Shown here: in pieces, positions 16,248-27,009 of the stretch
How the letters are laid out: every line of letters begins with the position of its first letter
Position numbering within the stretch: position 1 is the stretch's first letter
DNA from: Candidatus Nomurabacteria bacterium
GTDB taxonomy: Bacteria; Patescibacteriota; Minisyncoccia; Phycocordibacterales; UBA9973
Reading direction: 5' to 3'
NCBI GenBank assembly: GCA_016699085.1
Contig: CP064958.1
Span: forward strand, 540,619 to 604,618
DNA length: 64,000 bases
Notes under the pieces: model-generated
Databases searched by the model: none
What the model was told of the DNA's origin: nothing
The model's input: only the letters and a program-made list of their open reading frames with translations
Program-made: the position numbers and the translations under genes

Positions 16248-16844
16248 TTAATAGCTGTCGTAGCTTCCTGGGAGCGCTGAAATTTCTTTGATGGGGAAGA
16301 GTCTGAGAAATGCTCTTCCAACGATGAGATCTTTTTTGACACTACCCCAAATACGTGAATCTGAACTTGCCGGTCGATTGTCGCCCATAACATAGTATTC
16401 ATCTTGACCTAATATTTTTGTTTGTGCAATTTGATTGTGCATGTTGTTGACAACATATGGTTCGCTTAGAGTAAAGCCATCAGGGTGTTCACTATTTTTT
16501 ATCACAATCGTAGTATCACCTTTGACCTCAACTGTTTCATTTGGAAGTCCTATTACTCGCTTGATGAAATATTTCGTCGTATCTTTTGGATAATGGAAAA
16601 TAACGACGTCCCCTCGTGCAGGCTCGCCTAAATGGTACGAAAGTTCATCAACGATTAAATATTCGCCATCATGGAATGTTGGTACCATCGATGTACCCGA
16701 AACAATAAATGGTTGTGCCACCCATGTTCGGATCGGTATAACTATCAAAAGTGCAATGATACCAAAACGAACTACATCCCAAATACTTTCTTTTTTTGTT
16801 GGTTGAGGTATCGTCGTAGTCTCAGTACTGTTTTCATTTTGCAT
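16248..16844 (-). CDS. lepB: signal peptidase I
   Basis: SGTSMVPTF and GDNRPASSDSR boxes. Confidence 0.85.
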   Translation of the reverse strand: MQNENSTETTTIPQPTKKESIWDVVRFGIIALLIVIPIRTWVAQPFIVSGTSMVPTFHDGEYLIVDELSYHLGEPARGDVVIFHYPKDTTKYFIKRVIGLPNETVEVKGDTTIVIKNSEHPDGFTLSEPYVVNNMHNQIAQTKILGQDEYYVMGDNRPASSDSRIWGSVKKDLIVGRAFLRLFPIKEISALPGSYDSY

Positions 16845-16950
16845 GCGATGATTGTACTACGAATATGTTGTTGACACAAAGGCTCGTTTGATGGTCTTTT
16901 TTAAAAACACGAATAATTTGCTGATGCAAATTTTCTTTGCTCGCGCCGTC

Positions 16951-17096
16951 GCGCTGCGCAGAGTCTTTAAAAAAGATCATCTGCACTCGCTTGCAATAAG
17001 AGTCGCGCTGCGCAGAGTCTTTAAAAAAGATCATCTGCACTCGCTGTGATGACAAAATTTCTGCGCAAGGTCTTTTAAAACACCATCTTCATTCGC
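16951..17096. repeat. 54-bp tandem direct repeat (2 full copies plus 1 degenerate) with palindrome ctgcgcag; GC-rich
   Basis: gcgctgcgcagagtctttaaaaaagatcatctgcactcgct at 16951 and 17005; the preceding 17-mer gctcgcgccgtcgcgct is identical to the tRNA-Lys-linked element at about 32965; the track ORFs 16834..17055 and 16852..17049 are repeat artefacts. Confidence 0.8.
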
Positions 17097-17140
17097 ATCC
17101 TACACTTTCTACTTTCCACTTTTTACTCTATACTAGCTCT

Positions 17141-17731
17141 ATGTTTATTATCGTCGGACTTGGCAATCCAGGTGAAGAATATACGAAGACTCGTCATAAT
17201 ACTGGCAGGCAAGTATTAGAAATGATTGCCAAGAAATTGGCTTTTTCGCCATGGAAAGAAGATCTCAAGACAAAGTCCCTCATAGCAGAGGGGAAGATAG
17301 GTAAAACTAAGGTAGTCTTTGTGCTTCCGAACAATTTCATGAATAATTCTGGCAAGAGTGTTACGCCGTTTGTGAAAGTTAAAAAAGATCTTGAATCGCT
17401 TGTTGTGCTGTATGATGACCTGGATATTCCTATCGGCAGTATCAAAATTTCTCATAATCGAAGTGCTGGCGGGCATAATGGGCTTGGCTCTATTATCAAA
17501 GCGGTTAAATCAGAAGCATTCGCTCGTATACGTATCGGCATTACACCGACAACCCCTGGTGGAAAATTGAAGCGTCCCACTGGCGAGAAGCCGGTTATTG
17601 ATTTCCTTATGAAAGATTTTCGTGAGCCAGAATATGCTGAACTAAAAAAAGTCGCGAAGAAAATTACCGAAGCACTCGACGTGATGCTTAATGAAGGTCG
17701 ACCGAAAGCTATGAGTATGTTTAATAATTAA
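17141..17731 (+). CDS. pth: peptidyl-tRNA hydrolase
   Basis: IIVGLGNPG...HNTG...VLPNNFMNNSG. Confidence 0.9.
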   Translation: MFIIVGLGNPGEEYTKTRHNTGRQVLEMIAKKLAFSPWKEDLKTKSLIAEGKIGKTKVVFVLPNNFMNNSGKSVTPFVKVKKDLESLVVLYDDLDIPIGSIKISHNRSAGGHNGLGSIIKAVKSEAFARIRIGITPTTPGGKLKRPTGEKPVIDFLMKDFREPEYAELKKVAKKITEALDVMLNEGRPKAMSMFNN

Positions 17732-17878
17732 AATTATACCTAGTACAACTTATGTTCTTACCGCGGAACTCGCTCGACTAAAGTCGAGCTCAAACAGTCC
17801 TCAATAAGTACATTGACCTACTGGGTCGTTTCGGAAAAAATATTGCGTATAAAATTAACACCACTGATATTTAATTGT

Positions 17879-18622
17879 ATGTCTCAAGAATCTCTCTATA
17901 TATATGGCAAGCATCCAGTTGAAGAGCTGCTTACAAGTGATCCTAAACGTATCTCAAAGTTTTTTGTTAAAGAGGGAATTGATGCCCAATTTTTTAACAT
18001 AGTAAAAGCTGCGTCAACCAAACATCGCATTCCGATCGCTCATGTAGATCAAAGGAAATTAGACGAACTTGCAGGAGATGGTATACATCAGGGTATTGTT
18101 GCACTTGTTACCGACGTGCCGTACCTTGAGCTTAAGGAATGGCTCAAAACAATAGATATCACTACGAATCCTTGCTGTGTACTTCTCGATGAAATTGAAG
18201 ATCCGCATAATGTTGGTGCCATTGTGAGAAGTGTGGCTGCATTTGGGGCAAGTGGTATCATATTGGGCAAGCATAGACAGGCGCAGGTAACGGGTACTGT
18301 TGTCAAAGCTTCAGCTGGTACGATCGATAAGATTGCACTTATTCGTACAACAAATACGAATGATGCCATAGAAAAATTGAAAGAAAAAAAGTTCTGGATC
18401 GTTGGGCTTGCAGGTGAGGGCGCGACAACACTTAGAGACCTCGATATGCATATGCCTTTATGTTTCGTTATCGGTAGCGAAGAGCATGGTATTCGTGAAA
18501 AAACTCGCGAGCATTGTGATTTCTTGGCTTCTATCCCTATGCACAATAATGTTGAATCATTGAATGCATCTGTCTCAGCAGCAGTCGCGCTCTATGAATG
18601 GCAGCGGCAAGCAAAAAAATAA
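17879..18622 (+). CDS. rlmB: SpoU/TrmH-family 23S rRNA 2'-O-methyltransferase (RlmB-like)
   Basis: YGKHPVEELL...EDPHNVGAIVRS...GSEEHGI...ESLNASVSAAVALYE; the track start 17813 is TTG and ATG 17879 is preferred. Confidence 0.7.
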   Translation: MSQESLYIYGKHPVEELLTSDPKRISKFFVKEGIDAQFFNIVKAASTKHRIPIAHVDQRKLDELAGDGIHQGIVALVTDVPYLELKEWLKTIDITTNPCCVLLDEIEDPHNVGAIVRSVAAFGASGIILGKHRQAQVTGTVVKASAGTIDKIALIRTTNTNDAIEKLKEKKFWIVGLAGEGATTLRDLDMHMPLCFVIGSEEHGIREKTREHCDFLASIPMHNNVESLNASVSAAVALYEWQRQAKK

Positions 18623-18652
18623 ACTGTCCACAGTGTGGACAGTTTATTTTTT
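18621..18652. terminator. bidirectional intrinsic terminator (aaactgtccacagtgtggacagtttatttttt)
   Basis: Perfect 10-bp stem followed by a T-run, between convergent rlmB and rpsA. Confidence 0.85.
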
Positions 18653-18659
18653 ATTGTTT

Positions 18660-19776
18660 TTATTTCTTCTCCTCCAAATACGCTAGTGTCATGCGTTGAT
18701 CTTTTGGTTCAAAGAGTGTGACTTGGAAATTGTAGGTCTTACCAAGTTCAAGTGTCTCGCGGAGCTTTGCTTCAGAACCAAAGAGCGAATTGTGGACAAG
18801 TCCAGCAACGCCTTCTTTGATTGAGACGAGCGCGCCATGGCGATTGAATTTAATAATGACACCTTTGATAATATCGCCTTTCTTCAATTTGCCTTCAAAT
18901 TCTTTCCATGGATTTTCTTTAAGTGCTTTGATTGAGAGAGAGATTTTACCTTCTTTGATTTCGATTACTTTAGCTTTCACAGGATCACCTATCTTATACA
19001 TACTGCGCAAGTCTTCGATAAGTCCCCAATCGATTTCAGAAATATGAACAAGTCCTTCAAGTCCTTCTTCGATCTTCAAAAAGACACCGAAATCAACAAT
19101 GCCGGCCACCGTAGTGTCGAGCTCATCTCCGATATTGTATTTGCCAATAATTTCTTTGCGTTCCTCTGGATTGTTATCTTTTTCTGAGAAAATGAGTTTA
19201 CCTTCTTTTGGTAGTGCTGAGATCATAATGACAGAGAGTTTCTTGCCAACGAGTTTCTTGAGTTCGCGAAGAATTTTCTCTTTATCACTGTCTTCAACAC
19301 GAGGGTAGTGTTCAGGTTTAAGTTGTGAAGCAGGAAGGAAACCTTGGATGCCTTGCCATTCTAAGATAAGACCACCTTTGTTGGCTTCCTTGACCATAAT
19401 TTCAAGCAATGATTTTTCGCTGATTGCACGTTCTGCGTCACTCCAGATAAGAGCTTGTTTTGCTTCTTTGAGGGACAGTTCAATATAGCCATTGTCATTT
19501 TCTGATTCGACAACTTTCGCTTTGATAGCGTCGCCGATATTGATTTTCTTGATGATATCGCGTGCATTGATAAACTCACGTCCATAAATAATACCCGTAC
19601 CATACGGTGCGAGATCGATATAAACTGATGCTTTTTCAACAGCGATAACTGGTCCTTCGACAAGTGCGTCTACTTCAGGTCGAAGTGCTGCGCCATCGAG
19701 CAATGCTTTTGTTCCAGTTAATTTCTCCGGTACTTCTTTGTCTTTCTTTGTATCGTCTGATTTTACTTTCGGCATA
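18660..19776 (-). CDS. rpsA: 30S ribosomal protein S1 (four S1 domains)
   Basis: Repeated S1 motifs (GxV..I...GAFV-like); preferred ATG at 19776 (MPKVK), whereas the track start 19862 is GTG. Confidence 0.8.
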
Positions 19777-19977
19777 TAAATAAAAAATCCGCCGCAGCGG
19801 AAAAACTCCAACTTCGAGTATGGGTATTTTGGGTTGTTTCTCCCAAAAGGGTTATTCCACACTTCACGTAAAGCCTCTCGACTTCACGGCTGCTAATGTG
19901 GAGACTGTACCACAACACATGGAAATGCACAAGCAATTTTTATTTGAAATACAACGAATTTCTGGTACACTACAAAA

Positions 19978-20610
19978 GTGATTATTACCTATTACGGCAA
20001 ACAATTTTTCAAAGTGCAGCAAGGAGATCTAACGATTGCGCTTAATCCTATAGCAAAAGAAAGTGACTACAAAGGCACTGCCGCTCGCTTTGGTGCTGAT
20101 ATTGTACTTTCAACACTCCATCATCCAGATTACAATGGTCTTGAGACAGTGACGTACGGTGAACGGGAGCCTTTTATCGTTGACGGTCCTGGAGACTTTG
20201 AGGTAAAGAATGTATTCATCAAAGGTGCCATGACCAAGACATTGTTAGACAAGAAAGAGTATATCAATACAGTCTACTCATTTATTGTTGATGGTATTAC
20301 GGTTGTTTTTTTGGGTGGTATACAAGACTTAAGTCCAGAGGCTAAAGAACTCATTACAGATGCCGATATACTATTCGTTCCAGTCGGTGAGCCATTTGTG
20401 GCACCAGGGGCAGCGTATAAACTAGCTGTATCACTCGAATCAAGTATTGTTATCCCTATGGATTTTGGAAGCATGCAATCTGGTGAGCTTAAACAGTTCC
20501 TCAAAGAAGGCGGTGCAGAAAAAGTGACTGAAATTGATAAACTAACTATCAAGAAGAAAGATTTAGAAGGCAAAGTTGGAGAGATCGTATTACTATCATA
20601 TGGAGCATAA
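19978..20610 (+). CDS. metallo-beta-lactamase-fold hydrolase (UPF0173-like)
   Basis: N-terminal ITYYG...; GTG start; the HxHxDH motif is degenerate. Confidence 0.45.
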   Translation: MIITYYGKQFFKVQQGDLTIALNPIAKESDYKGTAARFGADIVLSTLHHPDYNGLETVTYGEREPFIVDGPGDFEVKNVFIKGAMTKTLLDKKEYINTVYSFIVDGITVVFLGGIQDLSPEAKELITDADILFVPVGEPFVAPGAAYKLAVSLESSIVIPMDFGSMQSGELKQFLKEGGAEKVTEIDKLTIKKKDLEGKVGEIVLLSYGA

Positions 20611-20612
20611 TT

Positions 20613-20891
20613 ATGTACCATCGCTTACTTACAACATTACATCAAAAACCAGAACACGTACGACAAAAAATTGCTCTTGTTAGTGCGATTTGTGTGACTG
20701 CTGTTATCGCTCTTGTTTGGATTAGTACGTTTCGCATTCATCCAGTATCGTCTTCTGCTGCGACTGCAATCAAACCACTCCTGCTCTTGAAAGAAGGTTT
20801 TGTCGGCATGCTACATACATCAGGATCAGGACTTGCAAATATTAAAGCCGGCTTTGATCAGCAATCACAACTAATTGTTCCAGGTAATTAA
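20613..20891 (+). CDS. small membrane protein (hypothetical)
   Basis: Single TM ORF upstream of gyrA. Confidence 0.35.
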   Translation: MYHRLLTTLHQKPEHVRQKIALVSAICVTAVIALVWISTFRIHPVSSSAATAIKPLLLLKEGFVGMLHTSGSGLANIKAGFDQQSQLIVPGN

Positions 20892-20896
20892 TTCAT

Positions 20897-23362
20897 ATGG
20901 CAAAGAAAACTAATGAACCAATAGTTCCCGAACTTGCACCGCGACAAAGCGTGGTGGCGATGAATATTACGACAGAAATGAAAGATTCTTTCATTAGTTA
21001 CGCCATGTCGGTTATTACTGACAGAGCCCTGCCGGACGTCAGAGATGGGCTCAAGCCTGTGCATCGACGTATTCTCTATTCCATGCATGAAAATGGCCAT
21101 ACAGCGAGTGCGCGAACGGTCAAATCTTCCCGCATTGTGGGAGACGTGCTCGGTAAGTATCATCCTCACGGCGACGCATCTGTCTATGATGCTATGGTTA
21201 CGATGACACAGGAATTTTCTACGAGGTACCCACTCATTATTGGTCAGGGTAACTTTGGTACGATTGATGGTGATAATGCTGCTGCTATGCGTTATACAGA
21301 AGCTAAAATGTCACGAATTTCAGGTGAGCTCTTGCGGGATTTAGATAAAGAGACAGTAGATTTCAGGCCAAACTATGACAATACGCGCAAAGAACCAGTT
21401 GTGTTACCGACGGCCGTACCTAATTTGTTATTGAATGGAACTCTGGGAATTGCTGTTGGTATGGCGACAAGCATTCCGCCGCATCATTTGGGCGAAGTCA
21501 TCGATGCAACATTGCATTTGATTGATTCACCAGAAGCAACTACAGAAGATTTGGTTACCTATATCAAAGGCCCAGACTTTCCAACCGGTGGTGTTATTTT
21601 TGATCAAAAGGAAATTTTACGTGCCTATGCAACTGGCCGCGGTGGTGTGGTAACTCGTGGTGAAGCTGAAATTACAGAACAAAAATCTGGTCAAGCACAG
21701 ATCGTGATTACATCACTACCGTATCGAGTCAACAAAGCAGACCTTATTATGCATATGGCAGATTTGATTCGTGAGAAGAAACTCGAAGGCATCAAAGATG
21801 TTCGTGATCTTTCAACCCGCGATATACGTGTGGTGATCGATTTGAAAAATGGCATTCACCCACAGAAAGTATTGAACTTTTTATACAAACATACACAGCT
21901 TGAGAATACATTCCATTTCAATATTGTGGCTCTGGTTGATGGCGTACCGCAGACGTTATCCTTGAAATCATTGCTAACAGAATTTATCGCTCATCGCGAT
22001 ATTGTGGTTCGCAAACGTAGTGCCTATGATCTTCGCAAAGCCCAAGAGCGAGAACATATCCTGTTGGGTCTTAAAAAAGCGCTTGATCATATCGATAAGG
22101 TTATTTCAGTTATTCGTGCATCAAAAGATACAGCAATTGCTCGAGAAAATTTGATGAAAGAGTTCAAATTCTCAGAACTTCAGGCAATCGCAATCTTAGA
22201 GATGAAATTGCAAAAGCTTGCTGGACTCGAAAGAAAAAATGTTGAACTTGAGCTCAAAGAGAAACAAGAATTAATTGCATTTTTGACAGATCTTTTAGCA
22301 CATCCAAAAAAGATTATGGCAGTTGTTGCCAAAGAATTAGCAGAAATCAAAGATAAATATGCGGATGAGCGCCGGACAAAAGTCATCAAAGGTGGCGTCA
22401 AAGCAATAAGCGATGAAGATCTAATTCCAGAGAAAGAATCAGTCTTAGTTTTTACTGAAGGTGGTTATGTCAAACGCACTGACCCCGTAGAATATCGTAG
22501 CCAAAAGCGTGGTGGAGTCGGTGTCATAGATCTCGAAACCAAAGAAGAAGATTTCGTTACGATGCTTTTAAATACCAACACGCACAGTGATCTTTTATTC
22601 TTTACGAATTTAGGTAAAGCCTACCAGATCAAGATGTATGACATTCCCGAAGGACGCAAAGCAACCAAAGGCAAATCAATTATGAATTTCTTGTCGCTTA
22701 GTAGTGATGAGCGAGTCATGTCAATATTACCTGTCGGTAAAGCTGAAAAAGGTAAAGAACAATATCTGATGCTCGTCACAGCTGGTGGTACGGCCAAGAA
22801 AATGGCGTATTCACAATTCAAAGAAGTCAGACGCAGTGGTATCATTGCTATCAGACTAGATAAAGATGACTCACTTAAAACTGCCCTCCTTATTGAGCGA
22901 GGGGATGAAGTCATGCTCGCTACTCGCGGTGGACAATCAATCCGCTTTAAAGAAAGTGATATTCGTGAAATGGGGAGAACGGCTGGAGGTGTACGGGCGA
23001 TGAAGCTCAGCAAGACTGATACGCTCGTAGGAGTTGATGTTATCAAAAAAGATACCGCTAAAGATGCAGCACTGCTCGTCATGAGTGCCAATGGTCTCGG
23101 TAAGAAAACCAAGTTATCTGAATACAAAGTCCAGAACCGTGGTGGCTCCGGCATCAAGACCGCCAAGATAACTCCAAAGACTGGTCCACTCATTGTTGCT
23201 AAAATAATTACTATCGAAGAAGAATTAATCGCTATGTCAAAGAAAGGTCAGGTACTCCGCACTGAACTCAAATCAATTCCATCGCTCGGACGACAAACTC
23301 AAGGTGTTACTATTATGAAACTTCGCGCAGGGGATGGTATTGCATCGCTGACATGTTTCTAG
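20897..23362 (+). CDS. gyrA: DNA gyrase subunit A
   Basis: Quinolone-resistance-determining region region and GyrA box present. Confidence 0.95.
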   Translation: MAKKTNEPIVPELAPRQSVVAMNITTEMKDSFISYAMSVITDRALPDVRDGLKPVHRRILYSMHENGHTASARTVKSSRIVGDVLGKYHPHGDASVYDAMVTMTQEFSTRYPLIIGQGNFGTIDGDNAAAMRYTEAKMSRISGELLRDLDKETVDFRPNYDNTRKEPVVLPTAVPNLLLNGTLGIAVGMATSIPPHHLGEVIDATLHLIDSPEATTEDLVTYIKGPDFPTGGVIFDQKEILRAYATGRGGVVTRGEAEITEQKSGQAQIVITSLPYRVNKADLIMHMADLIREKKLEGIKDVRDLSTRDIRVVIDLKNGIHPQKVLNFLYKHTQLENTFHFNIVALVDGVPQTLSLKSLLTEFIAHRDIVVRKRSAYDLRKAQEREHILLGLKKALDHIDKVISVIRASKDTAIARENLMKEFKFSELQAIAILEMKLQKLAGLERKNVELELKEKQELIAFLTDLLAHPKKIMAVVAKELAEIKDKYADERRTKVIKGGVKAISDEDLIPEKESVLVFTEGGYVKRTDPVEYRSQKRGGVGVIDLETKEEDFVTMLLNTNTHSDLLFFTNLGKAYQIKMYDIPEGRKATKGKSIMNFLSLSSDERVMSILPVGKAEKGKEQYLMLVTAGGTAKKMAYSQFKEVRRSGIIAIRLDKDDSLKTALLIERGDEVMLATRGGQSIRFKESDIREMGRTAGGVRAMKLSKTDTLVGVDVIKKDTAKDAALLVMSANGLGKKTKLSEYKVQNRGGSGIKTAKITPKTGPLIVAKIITIEEELIAMSKKGQVLRTELKSIPSLGRQTQGVTIMKLRAGDGIASLTCF

Positions 23363-23381
23363 AATATTTTATTAATTAAAT

Positions 23382-23479
23382 GAAATGTACCAAATTAAAA
23401 ATTTCGAACCGAACACTGTCTGAGTCCCGTCTTACGGGACGAGTTTGAGAGGAGAGAAATTTTTAATTTGGTACATTTT
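23382..23479. repeat. 98-nt structure: perfect 24-bp inverted repeat (gaaatgtaccaaattaaaaatttc / rc) enclosing the internal hairpin gtcccgtcttacgggac
   Basis: Fills the gyrA-methyltransferase intergenic region; could be a terminator, a structured RNA or a miniature IR element. Confidence 0.8.
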
Positions 23480-23493
23480 CTAACTTAGCGTAT

Positions 23494-24021
23494 ATGGAAT
23501 TCATTGACCCAGCCTCAACAATAAAATATCTCGAATTAGCTGATACGATGCATGTGGCTGACATGGGATCAGGTTCAGGTCACTACACAATCGCCCTTGC
23601 GAACATCGTCAAAGCGGGCAAGGTGTACTCCTTTGAAGTGCAAAAAGAAGTATTGGAGCGATTGCGCCATGAACTTCAAAGTCTCCATATTACAAATGTT
23701 GAATGCCTATGGGTTAATATGGAGAAAATGAATAGCACGAAACTTGCTGACAATTCACTCGATGCTGCGGTAGTCTCAAATGTGCTTTTCCAGATTGAAG
23801 ATACGTTTACCTTTATGAAAGAAATTGGGCGAATCATTAAGCCTGGGGGTAAAGTACTCTTTATTGACTGGTCGGATTCTTTTGGTGGCATGGGACCAAA
23901 GAGTGATGCAGTCATTACCAAAGACAAAGCGATTGCATTATTTGCCCAAGTCGGTTTTAGTGTCGGCAACGATGTTCCATGCGGATCGCATCATTACGGC
24001 GTACTATTTCGCAAGCAATAA
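23494..24021 (+). CDS. class I SAM-dependent methyltransferase
   Basis: VADMGSGSGHYT motif I and following motifs. Confidence 0.75.
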   Translation: MEFIDPASTIKYLELADTMHVADMGSGSGHYTIALANIVKAGKVYSFEVQKEVLERLRHELQSLHITNVECLWVNMEKMNSTKLADNSLDAAVVSNVLFQIEDTFTFMKEIGRIIKPGGKVLFIDWSDSFGGMGPKSDAVITKDKAIALFAQVGFSVGNDVPCGSHHYGVLFRKQ

Positions 24022-24117
24022 ACTGAGTTAGTAGATTCTCTTTACAAAAAGTACTATACTAGTAGTATACATTTTTAGCATAACGACAAATGTATACGTT
24101 GTCATACCTAAAATTGC

Positions 24118-25419
24118 ATGAATAATTTTCAAATTGGTCTGTCGATTACTTTTGTTGTTGCTTTTGTTGTTGCTGTAGCAATTTTTGCTGGAATTATTAA
24201 AGTTCCCACAAAGGCAAGCAAGGCTGTTGGTGGTGCTGAGGGTCAAGTCGTCATGTGGGGAACACTCGATGGTGGTGTATTAGCAAAGCCCCTTGAGGAT
24301 TTTAATTTCAAAAAGCCGTATAACGTCAAATACGTCAAGAAAAATATTGAGACTTTGGACCAAGAATTACTCGAAGCACTAGCCTCTGGCAAGGGTCCTG
24401 ATCTTGTCCTCATGCCATCTGAACTTCTCTGGCACTTCAAAGATAAAGCGTACATGATTCCCTACACTGGCTATAGTGAGCGATCGTATCTAGATACCTT
24501 TATACCTGAGGCAAATATGTACCTCTTTAAAGATGGAATATTGGCACTACCGTTTAGGATTGATCCCTTGGTGTTGTATTACAATCGGGATTACTTTACC
24601 AACGCTGGTATAGTCAATTATCCACGAACATGGACTGATGTCATTACTGATGTACCGTTACTTACCAACAAAGATGCCAATGGCAATATTATCCGCAGTG
24701 CTATCGCGCTCGGAACGTTTGGTAATACAACACATGCCAAAGCAATCATGTCAACACTACTTTTCCAAGCTGGGAATCCAATCATGAGTTATGACAGAAA
24801 TGAGGATACAATCAATCCAACATTCAAAGGTAATTTTTCTGGTAAAGCATCAGAAGATGCGCTAGCCTTTTACCAAAGTTTTGCGAACCCAGCTGTTAGT
24901 AATTATTCTTGGAATGCTGTTTTCCCGAATGCACGTGATGCGTTCGTGGCTGGTGATGTTGCGATGTATATAGGATACGCGAGTGAGCTCACATCACTGC
25001 ATGATAAAAATCCAAATCTTAATTTTGACGTCGTCACTATTCCTCAGACAGCGGAAGGTGATACGAAGGCAACCTATGGCAATCTCGAAGGGCTTATGGT
25101 GATGAACTCATCTCGAAATCTTACAACAGCCTATGTTGTAGCGGCGCTTCTTACGGGAAAAGATTTTATGAATACGATTATTCCAAATTTGCTACTACCA
25201 CCAGTGCGTCGTGATTTGTTGGCTGAGCGTCCTACTGATCCGGCGCTTCTTGTGTTCTATACTGCAGCATTGAACGCTCGAGGGTGGATAGATCCAAATA
25301 CCAAAGAAACTGATGCGATTTTTGCAAAAATGCTTCAGGATATTACAACTGGCATAGCAACACCCGCACAAGTGTTGACTGATGCGCAAGCTACATTATC
25401 TTTATATCTAGGTAAATAA
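24118..25419 (+). CDS. membrane-anchored extracellular solute-binding protein (family 1 ABC substrate-binding-protein-like); no cognate permease or ATPase nearby
   Basis: GKGPDLVL...DPLVLYYNRDYF pattern; N-terminal TM anchor. Confidence 0.65.
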   Translation: MNNFQIGLSITFVVAFVVAVAIFAGIIKVPTKASKAVGGAEGQVVMWGTLDGGVLAKPLEDFNFKKPYNVKYVKKNIETLDQELLEALASGKGPDLVLMPSELLWHFKDKAYMIPYTGYSERSYLDTFIPEANMYLFKDGILALPFRIDPLVLYYNRDYFTNAGIVNYPRTWTDVITDVPLLTNKDANGNIIRSAIALGTFGNTTHAKAIMSTLLFQAGNPIMSYDRNEDTINPTFKGNFSGKASEDALAFYQSFANPAVSNYSWNAVFPNARDAFVAGDVAMYIGYASELTSLHDKNPNLNFDVVTIPQTAEGDTKATYGNLEGLMVMNSSRNLTTAYVVAALLTGKDFMNTIIPNLLLPPVRRDLLAERPTDPALLVFYTAALNARGWIDPNTKETDAIFAKMLQDITTGIATPAQVLTDAQATLSLYLGK

Positions 25420-25422
25420 TAT

Positions 25423-25836
25423 ATGAAACTAAAACACCTCCTTGTTACGCTTATGTTCGCTGCTTCTTTCGTTGCAGTGCCAGTTTTTGCAGAACCTACG
25501 TATGATGCTTCGAAAGGTCTCGTGCCGTGTGGGGGCTACAACCCGGACGGGAGCGAGCAGGCAATGTGTACCTTTACTGACATTATGATTTTGATTAATA
25601 CCGTCATTAATTTCTTGATTTTTACATTAGCTCTACCGATAGCGGCCATCGTCTTTGCATGGGCAGGATTTATATTTATTACTGAAGGCTCAAATCAATC
25701 CAAACGCACACAAGCAAAAAATATGATGATAAACGTAGTTATCGGCCTGGTGCTGGCGCTTGCATCATGGCTCATCGTGAAGACGATCTTGGTGTCATTA
25801 GGAGTTAAAATTAATTTCCTTGGTATAGAAATGTAA
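25423..25836 (+). CDS. pilin-like two-TM small protein, paralog 1 (TrbC/VirB2 or T4SS-pilin-like architecture)
   Basis: Signal peptide, Cys pair, TM1, basic loop NQSKRTQAK, TM2 IGLVLALASW. Confidence 0.45.
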   Translation: MKLKHLLVTLMFAASFVAVPVFAEPTYDASKGLVPCGGYNPDGSEQAMCTFTDIMILINTVINFLIFTLALPIAAIVFAWAGFIFITEGSNQSKRTQAKNMMINVVIGLVLALASWLIVKTILVSLGVKINFLGIEM

Positions 25837-25845
25837 GGTATACTT

Positions 25846-26241
25846 ATGTATATGAAAAAACTTCTTAGTTCGATTGTAGTGATTGTAATACCGGTGCTCT
25901 TTGTTATGGGACTTGCGAGTATTGTCTATGCACTCGATGCTACATCAACTGAAAGCATTAGTCTCGATATAAATATTGCAAACCCGCTCAGTTCTGAAAT
26001 TGATACATTGCCAGCATTCGTCGAGGAAATACTTCGTATTGTGCTTAAGATTGGTATACCGATCGTCGTTATATTTATCATTTATGCTGGCTTCCTTTTT
26101 GTGACAGCTACAGGCAATGCAGAGAAACTAAAGACTGCTAAAGCTACATTGCTGTATACACTCGTAGGTTCTGCGATCCTATTAGGTGCGTGGGTTATTG
26201 CGGAAGCTATCCAAGGCACTATTAACCAGCTCGGCGCGTAA
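25846..26241 (+). CDS. pilin-like paralog 2
   Basis: Same architecture; loop NAEKLKTAK; TM2 LVGSAILLGAW. Confidence 0.45.
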   Translation: MYMKKLLSSIVVIVIPVLFVMGLASIVYALDATSTESISLDINIANPLSSEIDTLPAFVEEILRIVLKIGIPIVVIFIIYAGFLFVTATGNAEKLKTAKATLLYTLVGSAILLGAWVIAEAIQGTINQLGA

Positions 26242-26242
26242 T

Positions 26243-26605
26243 ATGCTAGATCTATTTGCTAAAACTGCCTTCGCTGATCTAACTGGCGGCAAAGCTGCTG
26301 TAACAGCTTCGTTTTGTCCCGCTAGTATCAAGACTGTCGCTGACTTTCTTAATTTCTTTACTTGCCTTATTAGCAAATCAGTTATACCGCTTTTGATCGC
26401 AGCCGCACTCATTTGTTTCATCTGGGGTATCCTTACATTTATTTTACATGCTGATGATGAGACCAAGCGCAAAGAAGGCAAGTTGTTTATTATGTGGGGC
26501 ATTATTGGGCTCTTTGTTATGGTCTCGATTTGGGGATTGGTGAATATTTTGGTTAATACGTTTGGTACAGCTAACGTTATTCCACTACTACCGACGAATT
26601 ATTAG
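26243..26605 (+). CDS. pilin-like paralog 3
   Basis: ATG 26243 lies right after the stop of paralog 2; loop DDETKRKEGK; TM2 IIGLFVMVSIWGLV. Confidence 0.45.
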   Translation: MLDLFAKTAFADLTGGKAAVTASFCPASIKTVADFLNFFTCLISKSVIPLLIAAALICFIWGILTFILHADDETKRKEGKLFIMWGIIGLFVMVSIWGLVNILVNTFGTANVIPLLPTNY

Positions 26606-26705
26606 TTGTGTTTTAAGCATGCTCTAGTATACTTAATCCATATACAGCTTATCTCATCCTGGTCGGAGAGAAGGCAATTATTAATAAAATTTAGGAACTG
26701 TTTTT

Positions 26706-27008
26706 ATGACAATTACATCAGTCTTACTTAAAATTGGAGGTATATTAAATGTTATCATTCCAATATTGATCACCTTAGGTGTTATCTACTTTATCTGGGG
26801 TGTTATCAAATACGTTACAGCGAAAGATGAAGAGCAGCAGAAAGAAGGCCGCACAACCATAGTTTCTGGTATCGTCGGACTCTTTGTTATCGTAGCGATT
26901 TGGGGTCTTGTTGGCATTCTTCAGAATACACTTTTTGGCGGAGCAACTAATAACCAGCTCAACACGAACCAAATTCCTTGTATTCCAGGAACAGGTGGTA
27001 ACTGCTAA
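26706..27008 (+). CDS. pilin-like paralog 4
   Basis: Loop DEEQQKEGR; TM2 IVGLFVIVAIWGLV. Confidence 0.45.
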   Translation: MTITSVLLKIGGILNVIIPILITLGVIYFIWGVIKYVTAKDEEQQKEGRTTIVSGIVGLFVIVAIWGLVGILQNTLFGGATNNQLNTNQIPCIPGTGGNC

Positions 27009-27009
27009 T

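Noticed and set aside
16834-17055. Track ORFs 16834..17055(-) and 16852..17049(+)
   Set aside because: Both are generated by the 54-bp tandem repeat: the peptide sequence repeats and they overlap each other.
22621-23193. 190-aa ORF antisense to gyrA, plus similar antisense ORFs inside clpB, topA, hisS, infB, iscS and rpsA
   Set aside because: They lie wholly inside high-confidence conserved genes on the opposite strand.
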